A stretch of 64,000 bases of DNA, taken from assembly GCA_964016885.1 (NCBI GenBank), contig OZ024766.1, positions 806,001-870,000 on the forward strand. Reading direction: 5' to 3'. Made by a program: the position numbers and the translations under genes. The notes below the pieces were generated by a model, which made no database searches, was not told the origin of the DNA, and was given only the letters and a program-made list of their open reading frames with translations. Within the stretch, counting starts at the first letter, position 1. Each line of letters starts with the position of its first letter. Shown here in pieces: positions 1-26,429 of this stretch. The DNA comes from Eledone cirrhosa (Eukaryota).

Positions 1-111
1 AAATATATACATATGCTTCCAGTTCCTAAGAGGAGTAACAACCCACCCATGACCTGGGTAAAAAAGAGAGGAAGAAGAAGAAAACAAAGGATGAGGGGGT
101 AAAATACTGAC

Positions 112-261
112 CTTGCTGTTGAATAAAGGTACACGTACAGAGTCTTTGTGACCATTGAGTGGCCGGAGCACAGTGTCTACTGACCCATCTCCCTTCAGCC
201 GATTGCTGGTCAAACATGAAACGATTCCCTCTGTGGGGTCTGTACTGCCAGCAGGGTAAAC
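112..261 (-). CDS. Exon 3 of a secreted chitin-binding-domain (ChtBD2/peritrophin-A-like, Pif-like) protein; gene continues beyond the left edge
   Basis: Bounded by tag| and |gtcagt, phase 1-1, 150 nt. Encodes GLPCWQYRPHRGNRFMFDQQSAEGRWVSRHCAPATQWSQRLCTCTFIQQQ with a C-x5-W-x4-C-x-C motif. Confidence 0.75.
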
Positions 262-307
262 CTAGTGGAGGAAGGAAACCTTGATTTGTAAGAGAGTTTA
301 ATTAACC

Positions 308-1480
308 CTTTACATCACATAACATTTACATTACTCTATATATACTATTGTATTTTCACAGTAAAGGCTTTACCTCACATAATACCTCACATAACATTTA
401 CATTACTCTATATATACTATTGTATTGTCACAGTAAAGGCTTTACCTCACATAATATCTCACATAACATTTACATTACTCTATATATACTATTGTATTTT
501 CACAGTAAAGGCTTTACCTCACATAATATCTCACATAACATTTACATTACTCTATATATACTATTGTATTGTCACAGTAAAGGCTTTACCTCACATAATA
601 TCTCACATAACATTTACATTACTCTATATATACTATTGTATTTTCACAGTAAAGGCTTTACCTCACATAATATCTCACATAACATTTACATTACTCTATA
701 TATACTATTGTATTGTCACAGTAAAGGCTTTACCTCACATAATATCTCACATAACATTTACATTACTCTATATATACTATTGTATTTTCACAGTAAAGGC
801 TTTACCTCACATAATATCTCACATAACATTTACATTACTCTATATATACTATTGTATTGTCACAGTAAAGTCTTTACCTCACATAATATCTCACATAACA
901 TTTACATTACTCTATATATACTATTGTATTTTCACAGTAAAGACTTTACCTCACATAATATCTCACATAACATTTACATTACTCTATATATACTATTGTA
1001 TTGTCACAGTAAAGGCTTTACCTCACATAATATCTCACATAACATTTACATTACTCTATATATACTATTGTATTGTCACAGTAAAGGCTTTACCTCACAT
1101 AATATCTCACATAACATTTACATTACTCTATATATACTATTGTATTTTCACAGTAAAGGCTTTACCTCACATAACATTTACATTACTCTATATATACTAT
1201 TGTATTGTCACAGTAAAGTCTTTACCTCACATAATATCTCACATAACATTTACATTACTCTATATATACTATTGTATTTTCACAGTAAAGGCTTTACCTC
1301 ACATAACATTTACATTACTCTATATATACTATTGTATTGTCACAGTAAAGTCTTTACCTCACATAATATCTCACATAACATTTACATTACTCTATATATA
1401 CTATTGTATTGTCACAGTAAAGGCTTTACCTCACATAATATCTCACAACATTTACATTACTCTATATATACTATTGTATG
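308..1480. repeat. Intronic 72-bp minisatellite (some 60-bp units), about 16 copies
   Basis: gtaaaggctt recurs at 361, 433 and onward; array is preceded by TTAACCCTTT at 302. Confidence 0.95.
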
Positions 1481-1575
1481 TTCACAACAACAACAGTAGC
1501 AACAACAACAACAGCTATAATAACAATTGTGTGTATTTATATAAGAGTAAAATAAGAAATATATATCTCACTTAC

Positions 1576-2031
1576 CAACATCGATGTGCGGCTGTCGTCT
1601 GGATGTTGACAGGACTGTGGTTTGCTGGCTGTTGGCAGTAGGGGAGGTTCGGCCCCTAGCCCTCGTAACCGACGGCGACGGCGACGACGACGAATGATGT
1701 AGAGATGAAGAGGAGGAGAAAACTGTGGTGGTCGTCGTCGAAGGGGACCTGTTGGCCGAAGAGGTCAGAATAGGGGGCTTGTCCGGACAGCGTCGCAGCA
1801 CACCACCACCACCACCACCTCCGCCGCCACCAAAGCTCCTCTCCGGGCCACCCTGCAGCAGTCTCGGTCGAACACACTGGCACAGTGGCTGGTCCCACAC
1901 AAGCCCGGCCCCGCACCGTCGCACCACCCACAGGAACTTGAACAGCTTCCGCTCGTAAAGGTTTCCACTGAGGGGGTTCATCCTGTAGCCGTGGCAACGG
2001 CTCACCCTCGCCGTGGCGGCTTCAGACTGAC
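1576..2031 (-). CDS. Exon 2 of the chitin-binding-domain protein (Cys domain plus Gly/Ser/Thr-rich linker)
   Basis: cag| acceptor after a pyrimidine tract, |gtaagt donor, phase 1-1. Encodes [43 protein letters not shown], with the same Cys/Trp spacing as exon 3. Confidence 0.78.
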
Positions 2032-2059
2032 CTGTTCGTTGTCGAGACAGAGAAAACTT

Positions 2060-2070
2060 TTATGTATGTA

Positions 2071-2107
<37 letters not shown>

Positions 2108-2124
2108 GTGTGTGTGTGTATATG

Positions 2125-2157
<33 letters not shown>

Positions 2158-2260
2158 GTATATATATGTGTGTTTATGTGTGTGTATATGTATATATATA
2201 TATATATGTATATATGTGTGTGTGTGTGTATATATATGTGTGTTTATGTGTGTGTATATA

Positions 2261-2305
<45 letters not shown>

Positions 2306-2703
2306 ATATATATGTGTGTGTATATATATATATATATGTGTGTGTATATATATGTGTGTGTGTGTGTATGTATATATATATATACATGTATATATATGTG
2401 TATGTGTGTGTGTGTATATATATATGTGTGTGTGTGTAGTGTAGTGTGGTGTGGTGTGGTGTAGTGTAATGTAGTGTGGTGTAGTGTGGTGTGGTGTAGT
2501 GTAATGTAGTGTGGTGTGGTGTGGTGTAGTGTAGTGTGGTGTAGTGTAGTGTAGTGTGGTGTAGTGTGGTGTGGTGTGGTGTAGTGTGGTGTAGTGTAAT
2601 GTAGTGTGGTGTAGTGTGGTGTAGTGTAGTGTAATGTAGTGTGGTGTGGTGGGTGTAGTGTAGTGTAGTGTAATGTAGTGTGGTGTGGTGTGGTGTGGTG
2701 TAG
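2060..2703. repeat. (TA)/(TG) microsatellite followed by (GTGTA/GTGTG)n
   Basis: Direct reading. Confidence 0.95.
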
Positions 2704-2718
2704 TAAAGCTCTACTTAC

Positions 2719-2794
2719 CTACGACAGACAACACCACCACCAACACACTGATGCAGTGGTGTGACAGCTGCACTCTGTTATACTGTTGCTGCAT
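2719..2794 (-). CDS. First coding exon (signal peptide) of the chitin-binding-domain protein
   Basis: ATG at 2794 gives [26 protein letters not shown], then |gtaagt at phase 1, in frame with the 2031 exon. Confidence 0.65.
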
Positions 2795-2824
2795 TATCTT
2801 ATGCTGCACTGAGCTGCAGTTGTT

Positions 2825-5165
2825 ACTGATGACCAGCCATTGGCCGAACTGACCAGTGACCAGTGATTTGTGAGCAGCCTGTGGAACGTCTGGTCACTCA
2901 ACAACTGGAACGGGTAGTTCTTTGATGATTGGTCACTCAGAACAACTGGTCACTCGGAACAACTGGTCACTCAGAACAACTGGTCACTCGGAACAACTGG
3001 TCACTCAGAATAACTGGTCACTCAGAACAACTGGTCACTCAGAACAACTGGTCACTCAGAACAACTGGTCACTCGGAAACGACTGGTCACTCAGAACAAC
3101 TGGAACGTCTGGTCCTTTGATGAATGCTCACTCGGAAACGTCTGGTCACTCTGGAGCGACTGGTCACTCTGATGAATGGTCACTCTGGAACGTCTGGTCA
3201 CTCTGGAATGAATGGTGACTCTCTGGCCAGTTAACTCTTTTTGATTGATGTGTCCAGTTATTTTGTGTGCTTGACCACAGCTCTGCTTGGCAGCCTGATT
3301 CACCACTGGCTCAACTATTGACCATTGGCTGAAGGAATTACAATTGATCACTGTCTCAACGATCGATCTCTGGCTCAACAATTGACCACTGGCTCAACAC
3401 TTGATCCCTGATTCAGGAATTGACCAATGGCTCAACACTTGATCATTGGTTCAGCAATCGACCACTGGCAAACTATTGACCAATGGCTCAACACTTGACC
3501 ATTGGCTCACTGGTCAACTATCGACCAATGGCTGAAGGAATTACAATTGACCACTGGCTAAACGCTTCACCACTGGCTCGATGCTTGACCAATGGCTTAA
3601 TGATAGTTGATAGGAAATTGATCGATATTTCTGTGTATTCTTGATAACCATTCGTTTAAAGACCAGGGGATTCTTTTTGTTTTTCAAATGTTCCCCAACG
3701 ATTATTTGACCACTGCGTCCACTGGCCACAGACCAATGGTCACTGATAAGAAACTGACCAATCTTTTGGTGACCTTCCAGAGGATTTAAAAAATATATTT
3801 CTTTTTCCTCTTTTGTACCAAAATCTCCACTTATGATGTCCAGTTAATCTGACCACTGGCTCAAAAATTGATCACTGGCTGGCTGCACCCGATTTTTCTC
3901 TACACTAATCGCTGGTCAATGATGATAAATTATCCAATCCTTTAATGACCAACCACTCCGGAACATCCACAATTTTTTCAAGTAGTCACTTTTTTTCTTT
4001 TCTACTAATATATCCAGTTATTTCGGCCAGTCAATCTGACCACTGTCCACTCTGGTGACCGCTGAATGTCTGGAAACTGACCAATTTAGAAATTTAGAAG
4101 AGAAACACACTTTACCTGGTCTCACTCATATTTTGGTGGCCCTCGGATGGATAGAAAACTGACCACTTCAGAGAGAGGTACTCCTGTATAACTGAGATGA
4201 TGTGTTAATATCCCACAACTGTCCTTGCTGTTGACCAAACACTGACCAAGTTAGAGACTAGTACTCCTGTGTAGCTTCCTTTATTAGGAATATTCTACAA
4301 TTGGTCTCACTGGTGACCACAGGATGACAGTATGTCTGGCTGTGATGGATTTAGAAATATTCCACAATTGGTCTCACTGGTGGCCACAAGATGGCTGTAA
4401 AACTGACCAATGCTGTACGGCTATGATGAATTTAGGAATATTTCAGAGTTGGTCTCACTGGTGACCACAGGATGACAGTATGTCTGGCTGTGATGGATTT
4501 AGAAATATTCCACAATTGGTCTCACTGGTGGCCACAAGATGGCTGTAAAACTGACCACTTTAGAAATAAGTATTTCTGTATATCTGGGAATAAGTTAATA
4601 TTCCATAATTCAGTTGTCCTTCCTTGATGTTGACCGCTAGATGTCCAGAATCTGACCACTATAGAAGGGAAGCACTAATTTCATTGTTGACCAGTAAATG
4701 ACCACTAGAGAAGAGACTTCTTCTTCCAATTATTTCTGGGAGGGGACAGAGCCCGCAAGTACTCCTTCCAGCAGGTCCTGTCCTTAGTTTCACTGTTGAC
4801 CGCTAGATGACCAGTATATGACCGCTTTAGAAGAGAAAGACTCTTTATAACTTTGACTAATTCTTCTTCTTCTTCCCCCACTTATTCCTGGGAGGGTCGT
4901 CGTAGGGGATAGAGACCCCAAGTCCTTCCAGAGGGTCCTGTCCTTAGTTTCACTGTTGACCGCCAGATGACCAGTATATGACCGCTTTAGAAGAGAAAGA
5001 CTCTTTATAACTTTGACTAATTCTTCTTCTTCTTCCCCCACTTATTCCTGGGAGGGTCGTCGTAGGGGACAGAGACCTCAAGTCCTTCCAGAGGGTCCTG
5101 TCCTTAGCTTCACTGTTGACACTGTTGACCGCTAGATGGCCGCTGTTGACCGCTAGATGACCAGT
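2825..5165. repeat. TGACCA/TGGTCA-rich degenerate repeat domain containing a 17-bp array (2930-3110), a 148-bp duplication (about 4300-4560) and a 160-bp array (about 4775-5115)
   Basis: actggtcact at 2945/2962/2979; ttggtctcactggtgaccac at 4301/4449; gtcctgtccttag at 4775/4935/5095. Confidence 0.85.
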
Positions 5166-6220
5166 AGAGAAGAGAAACACACAAACACACACTCTATTCT
5201 GTGTGACTAACTTCCTTGTCCTTCTGACAACTGGGAGATTCTGGCTGAAACAGGATCAATCCCCGACCCCCTCCCCCCCCCCTCAACACAAAGGGAGGGG
5301 GAGAAAATAAAACAAAATCCCGGAATTTCGGTAAATTGAATTTGAAAAAAAACAAAGAAATTTCGAGTTGGGTGATGGTGGTGGTGTTGGTGGCGGTGGT
5401 GGTGTTGGTGGTGGTGGTGGTGGCGGTGGTGGTGTTGGTGGTGGTGGTGGTGTTGGTGGCGGTGGTGGTGTTGGTGGTGGTGGTGGTGTTGGTGGTGCGA
5501 GAGGGGAGGGGGGGTTATCTGGTGGTGGTGGGGATGTTACCTGGTGGTGATGGGGTGGGGGGTGGTGGTATTACCTAGCGATGGTGGTGGTGTAGTGGTG
5601 TTGGTGGTGGTGGTGCAGGGGGGGGGGGGGTATTATCTAGTCATGGTGGTGGTGTTGGTGGTGTCGATGGTATAGTGGTGGCGGTAGTGGTGGTGGTGCA
5701 GTGGGGGGGTGTTAATACGGTAATGTCGATGGTGGTGTAGTGGTGGTGGTGTGGGTGTTGATGGTGGAGGTGGAGGGGTGCAGGAATTTCTTTGATCAGA
5801 TCAACAGAATTACTCAATCGTTTGTCTTCATTTTTATCTAGGGGGGGGGGGGGGTTGAGAGGCCAACAAACCCTGGCACAACTGCACCCCCACCACCACC
5901 ACCACCACCACCACCACCACTACACCACCACCACCATCATCACCACTATACCACCACCACCACCATTACCTCCACTACCACCACCGCTACACCCCCACCT
6001 GCATCACCACCACTACACCACCACATCCACTACAACACCACCACCACCATCACCACTATACCACTACCACCACTACCATTACCTCCACTACCACCACCAC
6101 TACACCCCCACCATCACCACCACTACACCACCACCTCCATTACCACCACCACCACCACTACAACACCACCATCACCACCACTACACCACCACCACCACTA
6201 CACCACCACCATCAATACTA

Positions 6221-6250
6221 CTAACCCTAACCCTAACCCTAACCCTAACC
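6221..6250 (+). repeat. Short interstitial telomeric repeat (CTAACC)5
   Basis: ctaaccctaaccctaaccctaaccctaacc. Confidence 0.9.
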
Positions 6251-6397
6251 CCTTACTATGCTACCAGGTATTTGTCTGTATGGCGCCAGTCCCCAAGAAT
6301 CAGTCTAGGGTACCCAGGGAATGTGAATGTGTATCTGCTGAAAATAGCAGCTAAATCTCCCTCAAATCACACCCTACTGTTTTAAGTAATCTCTTCT

Positions 6398-7247
6398 ATT
6401 ACGTCCGCTTTTCCCTGCTTGCAAGGGTGGGACGGGAACTGATTCTGGCTTGGTCTCTACAGCTGGATGCCCTTCCTAACACCAACCTCATTTACAGTGA
6501 GTGCTGGGTGCTTTTTTTTTTTGCAGTGGCACCTCCACGACCACTTTACAGTGAGTGCTGGGTGCTTTTCTGCCATGGCACCTCCACAACCACTTTACAG
6601 TGAGTGCTGGGTGCTTTATTGCCGTGGCACCTCCACGACCACTTTACAGTGAGTGCTGGGTGCTTTTTTGCCGTGGCACCTCCACGACCACTTTACAGTG
6701 AGTGCTGGGTGCTTTTTTGCCATGGCACCTCCACGATCACTTTACAGTGAGTGCTGAGTGCTTTTTTGCCATGGCACCTCCACGATCACTTTACAGTGAG
6801 TGCTGAGTGCTTTTTTGCCATGGCACCTCCACGACCACTTTACAGTGAGTGCTGAGTGCTTTTTTGCCATGGCACCTCCACGACCACTTTACAGTGAGTG
6901 CTGGGTGCTTTTTTGCCATGGCACCTCCACGACCACTTTACAGTGAGTGCTGGGTGCTTTTTTGCCATGGCACCTCCACGACCACTTTACAGTGAGTGCT
7001 GGGTGCTTTTTTGCCGTGGCACCTCCACGACCACTTTACAGTGTGGGCTGGGTGCTTTTTTGCCATGGCACCTCCACGACCACTTTACAGTGAGTGCTGG
7101 GTGCTTTTTTGCCGTGGCACCTCCACGACCACTTTACAGTGGAATGATAGGGACCCCAGTCCCTATCATCTCATTTCTACAGCTGAGTAAACTGGAGCAA
7201 TGTGAAGTAAAGTGTCTTGCTCAAGGAAACAGCACATCACCCGGTCA
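6398..7247 (-). mobile_element. CORE-type SINE lacking its tRNA head, with the internal 49-bp unit amplified about 13 times
   Basis: Reverse complement of the SINE at 37035-37371. Confidence 0.88.
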
Positions 7248-7284
7248 ACAAGAAGACCTGGGATGAGGTGATAAAAGCCGACCT

Positions 7285-7675
7285 TACCCAATTACACCTC
7301 TCAAAGGCAATGACTCGTGACAGTGACCTCTGGCTTCATGCAGTAATACAGAAGACCCGACCTCCCACGGGTACAAGCCGAAGCTGAAGCATATAGACAA
7401 TATTCCCCCACCCCCTCCCACTGCAAAGTAGCTGTGTAGGTGCCACCCAGCACTCACTGTAAATGAGGTTGGTGTTAAGAAGGGCATCCAGCTGTAGAAA
7501 TCAAGCCAGAAAACAGTTCTGTGTGAGCAAGACAAGGTCAGCCGACCGGACACTGCCGAAAACAGGACAGGCCGTCTAACCCATGCTAGCGTGGAAGAAC
7601 AGACGTAAAACGGTGATGTTAGGAAGGGCATCCAACCCTAGAAAACCTGCCAGACAGTCCTATACGAGCAAGACA
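7285..7675 (+). mobile_element. Fragments of a related RTE-tailed SINE subfamily
   Basis: ggtgttaagaagggcatccagctgtag ... acccatgctagcgtggaagaacagacgtaaaa; matches 25035-25200 and 44280-44460 in reverse. Confidence 0.7.
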
Positions 7676-8614
7676 TATATAATATACAACAACAACAGTA
7701 ATAATCAAGTTTGTGTACTTTTGAAGTTTTTTTTTCTATAAATTTTAGGTTTTCTCATTTCTGTCACCTCCTCTCTGACCCCCTCTTCTGACCTTCCTCA
7801 CCCCTACATCACCACCCCTCTGACCTTCCTGACCTCTACACCCCCACTCCCTGACCTTCCTGGCCTCTACACCACCACCACCACCACCACCACCTCTGTG
7901 TCCTTGCTCACCCCTACACCCCTCATTTCCAGACAGTCAGCCCCAAACTATTGGAGACACATGCTGAAGTTTATAGAAAGTTTTCACATATTTTCCCTGG
8001 GTATCCTCCCCCCTCCCCCTCCACTACACCACCACCGCCACCACCACACCACACCACACTACACCACCACCACCGTCACCACCACTGACACCACACCACA
8101 CTACACCACCACCACCACCACTAACATCCTCCACCAACATCACAACACCACTACCACTAACACCACACCACACTACACCACACCACATTACACTACACCT
8201 CCAACACCACACCACCACCACCACTAACACCACACCACACTACATCACCACCACACCACCACCACCACCACCAACACTACACCACACCACACCACCACCA
8301 TACAACCATTATCACAACCACCACACCACACCACACTCTACATCAGATCACACTACACTACACCTCCAACACCACACCACCACCAACATTACCACCACTA
8401 ACACCACACTACACCACCACCACCACTAACACCACACTACATCACCACCGCCACTAACACCACACTACATCACCACCGCCACTAACACCACGCCACACTA
8501 CACTACACCTCCACCACTAACACCACACCACACTACATCACCACCGCAACTAACACCACGCCACACTACACCTCCACCACCACCACTAACATTCTTCATC
8601 AATTAATTGAAATA

Positions 8615-8716
8615 CGAGGTTAACTTTGCCTTTCATCCTTACGGGGTCGATAAAATAAAGTACCAGTAATACACTGGGGTAATTGCTGGCCTTGTGCCAC
8701 AAGTAGAAACAATTAA
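8615..8716 (+). mobile_element. Meta/MESC-type SINE 3' part
   Basis: gaggttaactttgcctttcatccttacggggtcgataaaataaagtaccag; same family as 32165-32535. Confidence 0.75.
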
Positions 8717-8779
8717 TTAATTGAAATACAGTCATGAAATCCCCTAAAAAACACAAACATTTAAATCAAAAGCACATTC

Positions 8780-8914
8780 CGTGGTACATCTATGAGAGAG
8801 GGGACTAACGGGCGGGTTACACCGGTTCTGTACGTATTGTTACACCGTGACGTGTTGGTGGTGGGTTCCAGCCCACCTTTCTCTAGTTTAAGGATCGTTG
8901 GAGACATAAGACGG
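8780..8914 (+). promoter_or_regulatory. Candidate DMAP1 promoter and non-coding first exon
   Basis: Unique CpG-containing segment with GGGCGG (about 8810), TGACGT (about 8848) and a strong donor acgg|gtaaga at 8915. Confidence 0.5.
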
Positions 8915-9166
8915 GTAAGAAAGGGGCCAGAGGTGTGAAGGACAAAGGGTCAACACTTATCTAGGTTATTTAACCTTCAAACGTTCGTATTTCTTTCTTT
9001 TATTACCAGACTTATTGTTTCATCCCAGCACACGTAACCCGTGTATATATTTATATATATACACACACACATATATATATATATATACACACACACACAT
9101 ATATATATACACACACACACATATATATATTTATATATACACACACACACACACACATATATATAT

Positions 9167-9216
<50 letters not shown>

Positions 9217-9254
9217 GCAACATCTCGTACACAAACCATATGTATATATATATA

Positions 9255-9441
9255 TAGGAAAATGTTTAACCCTGACGGCAGGGCTCAAGCCGTTTCGACG
9301 GCTAAGTCCAGAAATAGTCGTCGAAACGGCTTGAGCTCTACCGTCGGGGTTAAACATTTTCCTATTACCCACTCTACTGCCCTAAGTATTGAGTACTCTG
9401 GTGCGTTATGGTCCACCTGGTTCCTTACCACATTTGCTTCG

Positions 9442-9443
<2 letters not shown>
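9255..9443 (+). mobile_element. Hairpin-plus-tail element, copy 1 (probable Penelope-like pLTR derivative)
   Basis: About 50-bp inverted arms (9255-9365) plus a shared tail; flanked by (TA)n. Confidence 0.75.
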
Positions 9444-9483
<40 letters not shown>

Positions 9484-9779
9484 ATATATATATATAGAGA
9501 GAGAGAGAAAGAATATTTATTATTTGTACAATTGCTGCTTTCACCCTTCTACGCACTTACTATATATATATGTATATATGTATATATATATATAATGTGC
9601 ATACACGTACATATATATATGTGTGTGTGTATGTATGTACGTATATATATATATATATATATACACAGTATGCGTTGTTAGTGTCTTCGTTTAAGAAGTA
9701 TTAAATATACAACGATCCTTCGTATTAGGTCTAAGCTATGTAAACAATGAATGTGGTAATTTCCGTCTAAATAGCCTTT

Positions 9780-9824
<45 letters not shown>

Positions 9825-9999
9825 GCTTCCTTTGGTATATATATATATATATATATAATATAGCGCATAATAAAATACATGGAACTCTTTTAACCATCTT
9901 TTGATTTTATATTATTTATACTCCAGTCCTACAAACTGTAGAGTGCTTCTTATCCGATATCTGCATTGCTTTATTGTACTACAATAAAACTCACCTCCT

Positions 10000-10058
<59 letters not shown>

Positions 10059-10187
10059 AAAGTTCTATTTAAATTGTTGGGATACAACAAGCAAATATTT
10101 TTATAACTGATATAAAGCACTCAACAAATTATTGGAGTAAAAATACGATATATTAACAAATGGAAACTATATTTATAAAACCATATT

Positions 10188-10252
10188 TATTTCATTATAC
10201 ATATTTCAAGGACACCAAGTTAAATTATGGTGCGCTTTCATCAGATAAAATA
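10188..10252 (-). ncRNA. Type-I hammerhead ribozyme motif within a TA-flanked element (about 10036-10335)
   Basis: Reverse complement: tattttat CTGATGA aagcgcacca-taatttaact-tggtgtcctt GAAA tatgta TA atgaaata. Confidence 0.75.
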
Positions 10253-10332
10253 TAATATAGAACAGTTTTATAAATAAATATTGACATACCCTTAAAGAAT
10301 GCGACCATTTCTGTTGTGGAAGCTCCCGGATA

Positions 10333-10367
<35 letters not shown>

Positions 10368-10640
10368 GCTTCCTTTGGTATATATATATATATATAGACC
10401 AAAGGAAGCGTGGTTTTTTTAATACTGCAAGTGAAGTTTGAAATTGATTTAGAAATAGCTTTCGTCACATTTTGACTAAAGAAAATTAGCCTTATATATA
10501 TGTATATATATGTATGTATATATATATATATATATATATATACTATTCTGGTGCGGGTAAAATTCTCGAGATCCATGGACACGTTCTCTCCACCGGTCTC
10601 TGTCCCTCATTATCGCTGCCAAGTCCTGATACATATATAT

Positions 10641-10843
10641 ATAGGAACGAGTAGGACCCCGACAGCTGAGCTCAAGCCGTTTCGACGGCTAATTCTGGAC
10701 TAATTTAGTCCAGAATTAGCCATCGAAACGGCTTGAGCTCAGCCGTCGGGGTCCTACTCGTTCCTATTACCCACTCTACTACCCTAAGTATTGAGTACTT
10801 TGGTGCGTTATGGTCCATCTGGTTCCTTACCACATTTCCTTCG
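10641..10843 (+). mobile_element. Hairpin-plus-tail element, copy 2
   Basis: 63-bp near-perfect arms centred on 10704, plus the shared tail; flanked by (TA)n. Confidence 0.78.
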
Positions 10844-10937
10844 TTATATATATATATATTTGTGTATAGTGGTAGCTATATGCGTAGGCGGTATGCCAAA
10901 ATTAGCACTCGATATTCATCAAAGTAGAGTGTATATA

Positions 10938-11122
10938 GACTGGGGTCCCTATCATTCCACTGTAAAGTGGTCGTGGAGGTGCCACGGCAAAAAAGCAACC
11001 GGCACTCACTGTAAATGAGGTTGGTGTTAGGAAGGGCATCCACCTGTAGAAATCAAGCCAGAATCAGTTCCCGTCCCACCCTTGCAAGCAGGGAGAGGCG
11101 GACGTAAAAATGATGATGATGA
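10938..11122 (+). mobile_element. 5'-truncated CORE-type SINE
   Basis: Matches the 3' half of 37035-37371 and ends in (atg)n. Confidence 0.85.
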
Positions 11123-11192
11123 TATATGTATATATATAACAACAAAATAAATGAAATATCAATCTAACTATCTGTCTATCTATCAACAGCAG

Positions 11193-12018
11193 TTGACTGC
11201 CGAGTCCATAGTAAGGATCAAACCGCCAGCCTCTTTCAAAAACGAAAGAGAGGCGGTTTTCCTCTGTACAGTGGCTATGGTGAAAGAGGTTATATGGTGG
11301 ACGAGATTGAGAGGACTGAGGACAGATGCCTTTCTCTCCGGACAACAACTCATTCCCTTCTTTAGGTACCACTTTAGAAGGAGAATCAGAGTGGAGAGAG
11401 AGGCACTGCACCCCAGTAAGTTTACTGAAAGGTGTTATATGGTGGACGAGATTGAGAGGACTGAGGACAGATGCCTTTCTCTCCGGACAACAACTCATTC
11501 CCTTCTTTAAGTATCACTTTAGAAGAAGAATCGGGGTGGAGAGAGAGGCACTGCACCCCAGTAAATTTACTGAAAGGTGTTATATGGTGGACGAGGTTGA
11601 GAGGACTGAGGACAGATGCCTTTCTCTCCGGACAACAACTCATTCCCTTCTTTAGGTGCCACTTTAGAAGGAGAATCAGGGTGGAGAGAGAGGCACTGCA
11701 CCCCAGTAAGTTTACTGAAAGGTGGGTGAATGTGGCAACAATGGCCCGAGGGATTGGGCCTTCTCTGTATATAAGCCTGTAGGTTGAAGAAGAGAGCAAT
11801 AGGAAGAAAGGGGCACTTGCACAACACGCTCCTGGAGTTGAGGGTTGTTCTATCTACGGGGTATTAAACAACCCATTTGTGGCACCTCCCCCCTATTGGG
11901 GATTTCGATTGTTGTAATTGTTTGTTTTTGTATTTTTTACACGACTGTATGTAAAATCCCTGGCATGTCTTTGTTTTGTCCCCTTTTCTTGTGCGCCCTT
12001 GTGGCTAATAAAGAAATA
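11193..12018 (+). mobile_element. 5'-truncated Tx1/L1-group non-LTR retrotransposon (ORF2 C-terminus plus 3'UTR) with 16-bp target-site duplication and an internal 145-bp triplication
   Basis: TATCTATCAACAGCAG at 11177-11192 and 12019-12034. Peptide AMVKEVIWWTRLRG...FFRYHFRRRIRVERE...KFTERW resembles Tx1 ORF2 ends. AATAAA near the 3' end. Confidence 0.72.
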
Positions 12019-12082
12019 TATCTATCAACAGCAGACTTACAGTAACATCCACCACACCATCCACATCCGCCTCCTCATCACC

Positions 12083-25659
<13,577 letters not shown>

Positions 25660-25716
25660 GCAGGGACATACCATTGCCATGGAGACTAGGTGGAGCTGCA
25701 GTCTTCATGTACATGT

Positions 25717-25762
<46 letters not shown>

Positions 25763-25950
25763 ACAAGTAGAACCCTATAAATATGTGTGTGTGTGTATAC
25801 ACATACACACATATAACATATATATATACATATATATATACATATATTTGTGAATATATATATATATATATATATAATATATAATATATATATATAATAT
25901 ATATATATAATATATATATATAATATATATATATATAATATATATATAAT

Positions 25951-26014
<64 letters not shown>

Positions 26015-26079
26015 ATATATATATACATGTAAGATTGTGTAATTGTATGTGTTTATCTTTTCAAATCTTGAACTACACA

Positions 26080-26141
<62 letters not shown>

Positions 26142-26288
26142 TATATATATATATATATGACTGTGTAAGTGTGTCTGTTAAGAGTGAGGTGAGGTGAGTG
26201 AGATAGAGACTAGCTGTCTATCCCAGGTATAGACACATCCTGGAACCTCACATCCACTCCAAACTTCATTCAATGTTTTCAAAATGGA

Positions 26289-26294
26289 AATAAA
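26289..26294 (+). terminator. Candidate DMAP1 polyadenylation signal
   Basis: First AATAAA downstream of the stop codon. Confidence 0.45.
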
Positions 26295-26429
26295 TTAAAA
26301 AAGAATTATATAAAACATAAATTATGGGAAAAAAACTCCTACAAAACAGGTTTTTCTTGAATTATTTTCATATTTGGGTTGAGTTCACCTGGACAGTGGT
26401 ATGTTGGGTTGGGGTGGTTTACTGGCACC

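Noticed and set aside
348-1499. 383-aa ORF
   Set aside because: Translation of the 72-bp intronic minisatellite, on the strand opposite the host gene.
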